A model generated the notes under the pieces. It had not been told where the DNA came from and did no database searches. It saw nothing but the letters and a program-made list of their open reading frames with translations. A stretch of DNA of 62,618 nt, the filler included, from Obrimoposthia wandeli (taxonomy: Eukaryota), in the NCBI GenBank assembly GCA_977020255.1. It is 2 parts of one record of this genome, joined end to end, with 100 filler letters (N's around TTAATTAATTAA, not from the genome) between each part and the next. Parts side by side here need not be neighbours in the genome. Positions count along the whole stretch, not along the records: positions 30,885 to 62,618 come from CDROCS010001659.1; 1 more part is not named here. One strand, 5' to 3'. Positions within the stretch are counted from its first letter, which is position 1; every line of letters starts with the position of its first letter. A program made the translations under genes and the position numbers. Shown here in pieces: positions 60,687 through 62,618 of this stretch.

Positions 60687-62618
60687 TTATAAAATAGATT
60701 TGCTAGTTTCGGAAATATAAAAATTTTAACTTAAAATTCGAAAAATGAAATTATTCGCCTGTTTAATGAACGCGCGTTTTATAAGGAAATATTTTTTTGT
60801 GAAATATTTATTTAAAACAATTCAATTTATAATGTATTTGTTAATTATTTATTTATAATAGTCATATTAAATGAAAACGTTGATAAAATACTTTGAAAAA
60901 TTATTTTTCATCAGTAAAAATAATTATGAAGTAATGATTGAAAATTGCGATAAAATATTCTAATCAAACAACTATACAAAATTAAATAATATTTGTTCAG
61001 CAAATATATTAGATAATTATATTTATCTTTAAAGTTTATTTACAATAGAAATAGGCTACATTTTCTTACAATATACTTTAAATATCTTAAAATTGTGTTA
61101 AAATAGGTTCGAAATAAAATTTACAATTTTGCTGCGATTATTCATTATATAATCTTATATTTTTCATTCTTTGTAAAGCATTCAAATACAGTGTAGTTCT
61201 GATGTCTTTACCAATTAATTTACTTTGCTTTATACAGACAAAAACAAAGGCGTTACAAAACTTTTAAACATATAAAATTTTAACGATTAAAATTCTCAAA
61301 ATATACAAAGTAAGTTAAACATTTATACTTATTTTTCAAATAAACCCAATGTATATCATGGCAAAGCTGAAAATTTCTGATGCAGTCCAGTACATTTTCA
61401 GGCGGAATGCTTCCAATTCTGTGCTGATTAGTCTCTGAAGTTCAGCACAGTTAGCATAGACATCTTCATTCATTTACACCTTTTAGCATAGGCAGATCAA
61501 CAGCCAGAAATCTCAAACCGAACCGGTTTGATAATTCAATTAGACATTTTCTTTCGACCCCAAGTCTCCAGTAAATTAAAATCCAAAATTGTTGGGGTAT
61601 TCAGACTATAATAAGCTGAGGCTATGTTGGTTGGAAAATGATCACAAAATTATGACACTAACTTTTCGTTTAAAATTACACAGTACCGTTTTTTTTAATA
61701 GTTTTCTGACTTATGTTGTAGCTTAGTTATATTGAATGTTCTTTACAAGTCCAGACTGTCAAGAACACTGATTAAATTGTTTAGTCGTGTTTAAATTATG
61801 GGATCAATCATAATTATTCGCACCATTAATTATTTTATGTTATCACTAAGATCCGATACCGGCTTTCTGGAGATTTGATTATGTTTTTAAGAATTGTAAA
61901 GTTTTTTAATAATTTATCTCCAAATTACTATAGTTTTTTGTGATAGAGCATCTTATCGATACAGTGAATCATTGAATATACGTATCTTGATTATCCAAAC
62001 ACTGATAAAAATATTTATAAGTAATGTTTGATGTTTTTTCCTTAACTTGTTTAACTTAAACATTCTAGCATTTAACTTTTTGACAATATAATTATTTGAC
62101 CTGAGTTCTCGAGAAACGCATCCCTTTTTTATTTGATGTTATCAGTGCATAAATTATAGTTATAAATGTTAACAAATGAATGAAAATAATTGCTTCAAAT
62201 TCTTCAAATTGGATTTATTGTTAAAGTGCTTCAAATTGTATTAAAATATAATAGACAATGTATCATGTCTATTTATTGTTTTTGGCAAGTGTCGATTGGG
62301 ACTGGTGATAATATTTCGAAAAATAATGGTAGGCAAGATTTTCACAAAAATTGTATTAACTAATAATCAAAAATTAATAGTTTGACAGGCAATAGAATCC
62401 GCAGTTATATTGAATAAAAATCAATAGTGAGAGAGGAAGAGGATCAGCAGAGGGGAGATAAGAGCAGCTATGATAGAAAGTTGGCACACAGCATCAGACG
62501 TGTGGAGCTGGGCCACGATAGAATGTGCTACCTTGAGATAAGGCCAGGAACGCCTCGACGCCCATCAAAGTGCATCCAGATGCACTGTCTGAGAGTGTGT
62601 GTTTGTGTGAATGCTGAT

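Overview
AT-rich animal genomic DNA with short GT-AG introns (most 42-57 nt), split by a 100-nt artificial spacer at 30785-30884, so the two sides may not be truly adjacent. Left of the spacer is a decayed Polinton/Maverick endogenous virus starting at 5327 with AGTAGGT. It encodes a protein-primed PolB (vOTU, endonuclease VII, Exo and Pol motifs), an adenain-type protease, major and minor capsid proteins, a basic core-like protein, a BIR-BIR-UBA-RING IAP and two spliced acidic regulatory-type genes. No integrase or packaging ATPase is visible. Inserted into one of its genes, with an exact 6-bp target-site duplication (GAAAAT), is an 11.4-kb non-coding element (9727-21108). This element is a giant palindrome: 3.6-kb and 6.4-kb inverted arms around a 1.4-kb spacer. 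It has Polinton-type termini that share 21/29 nt with the helper terminus, terminal hairpins with G4 tracts, iterons and inverted arrays of a 175-bp satellite. It is a candidate gene-less hyperparasite ('gutless' satellite) of the Polinton. Right of the spacer is a multi-exon hillarin/KY-like transglutaminase-fold host gene on the minus strand, with a 43-aa tandem-repeat exon and transposon debris (MULE, pogo, LTR/Penelope-like) in its introns. Two hammerhead ribozyme motifs were found (108-160 and 40302-40343).
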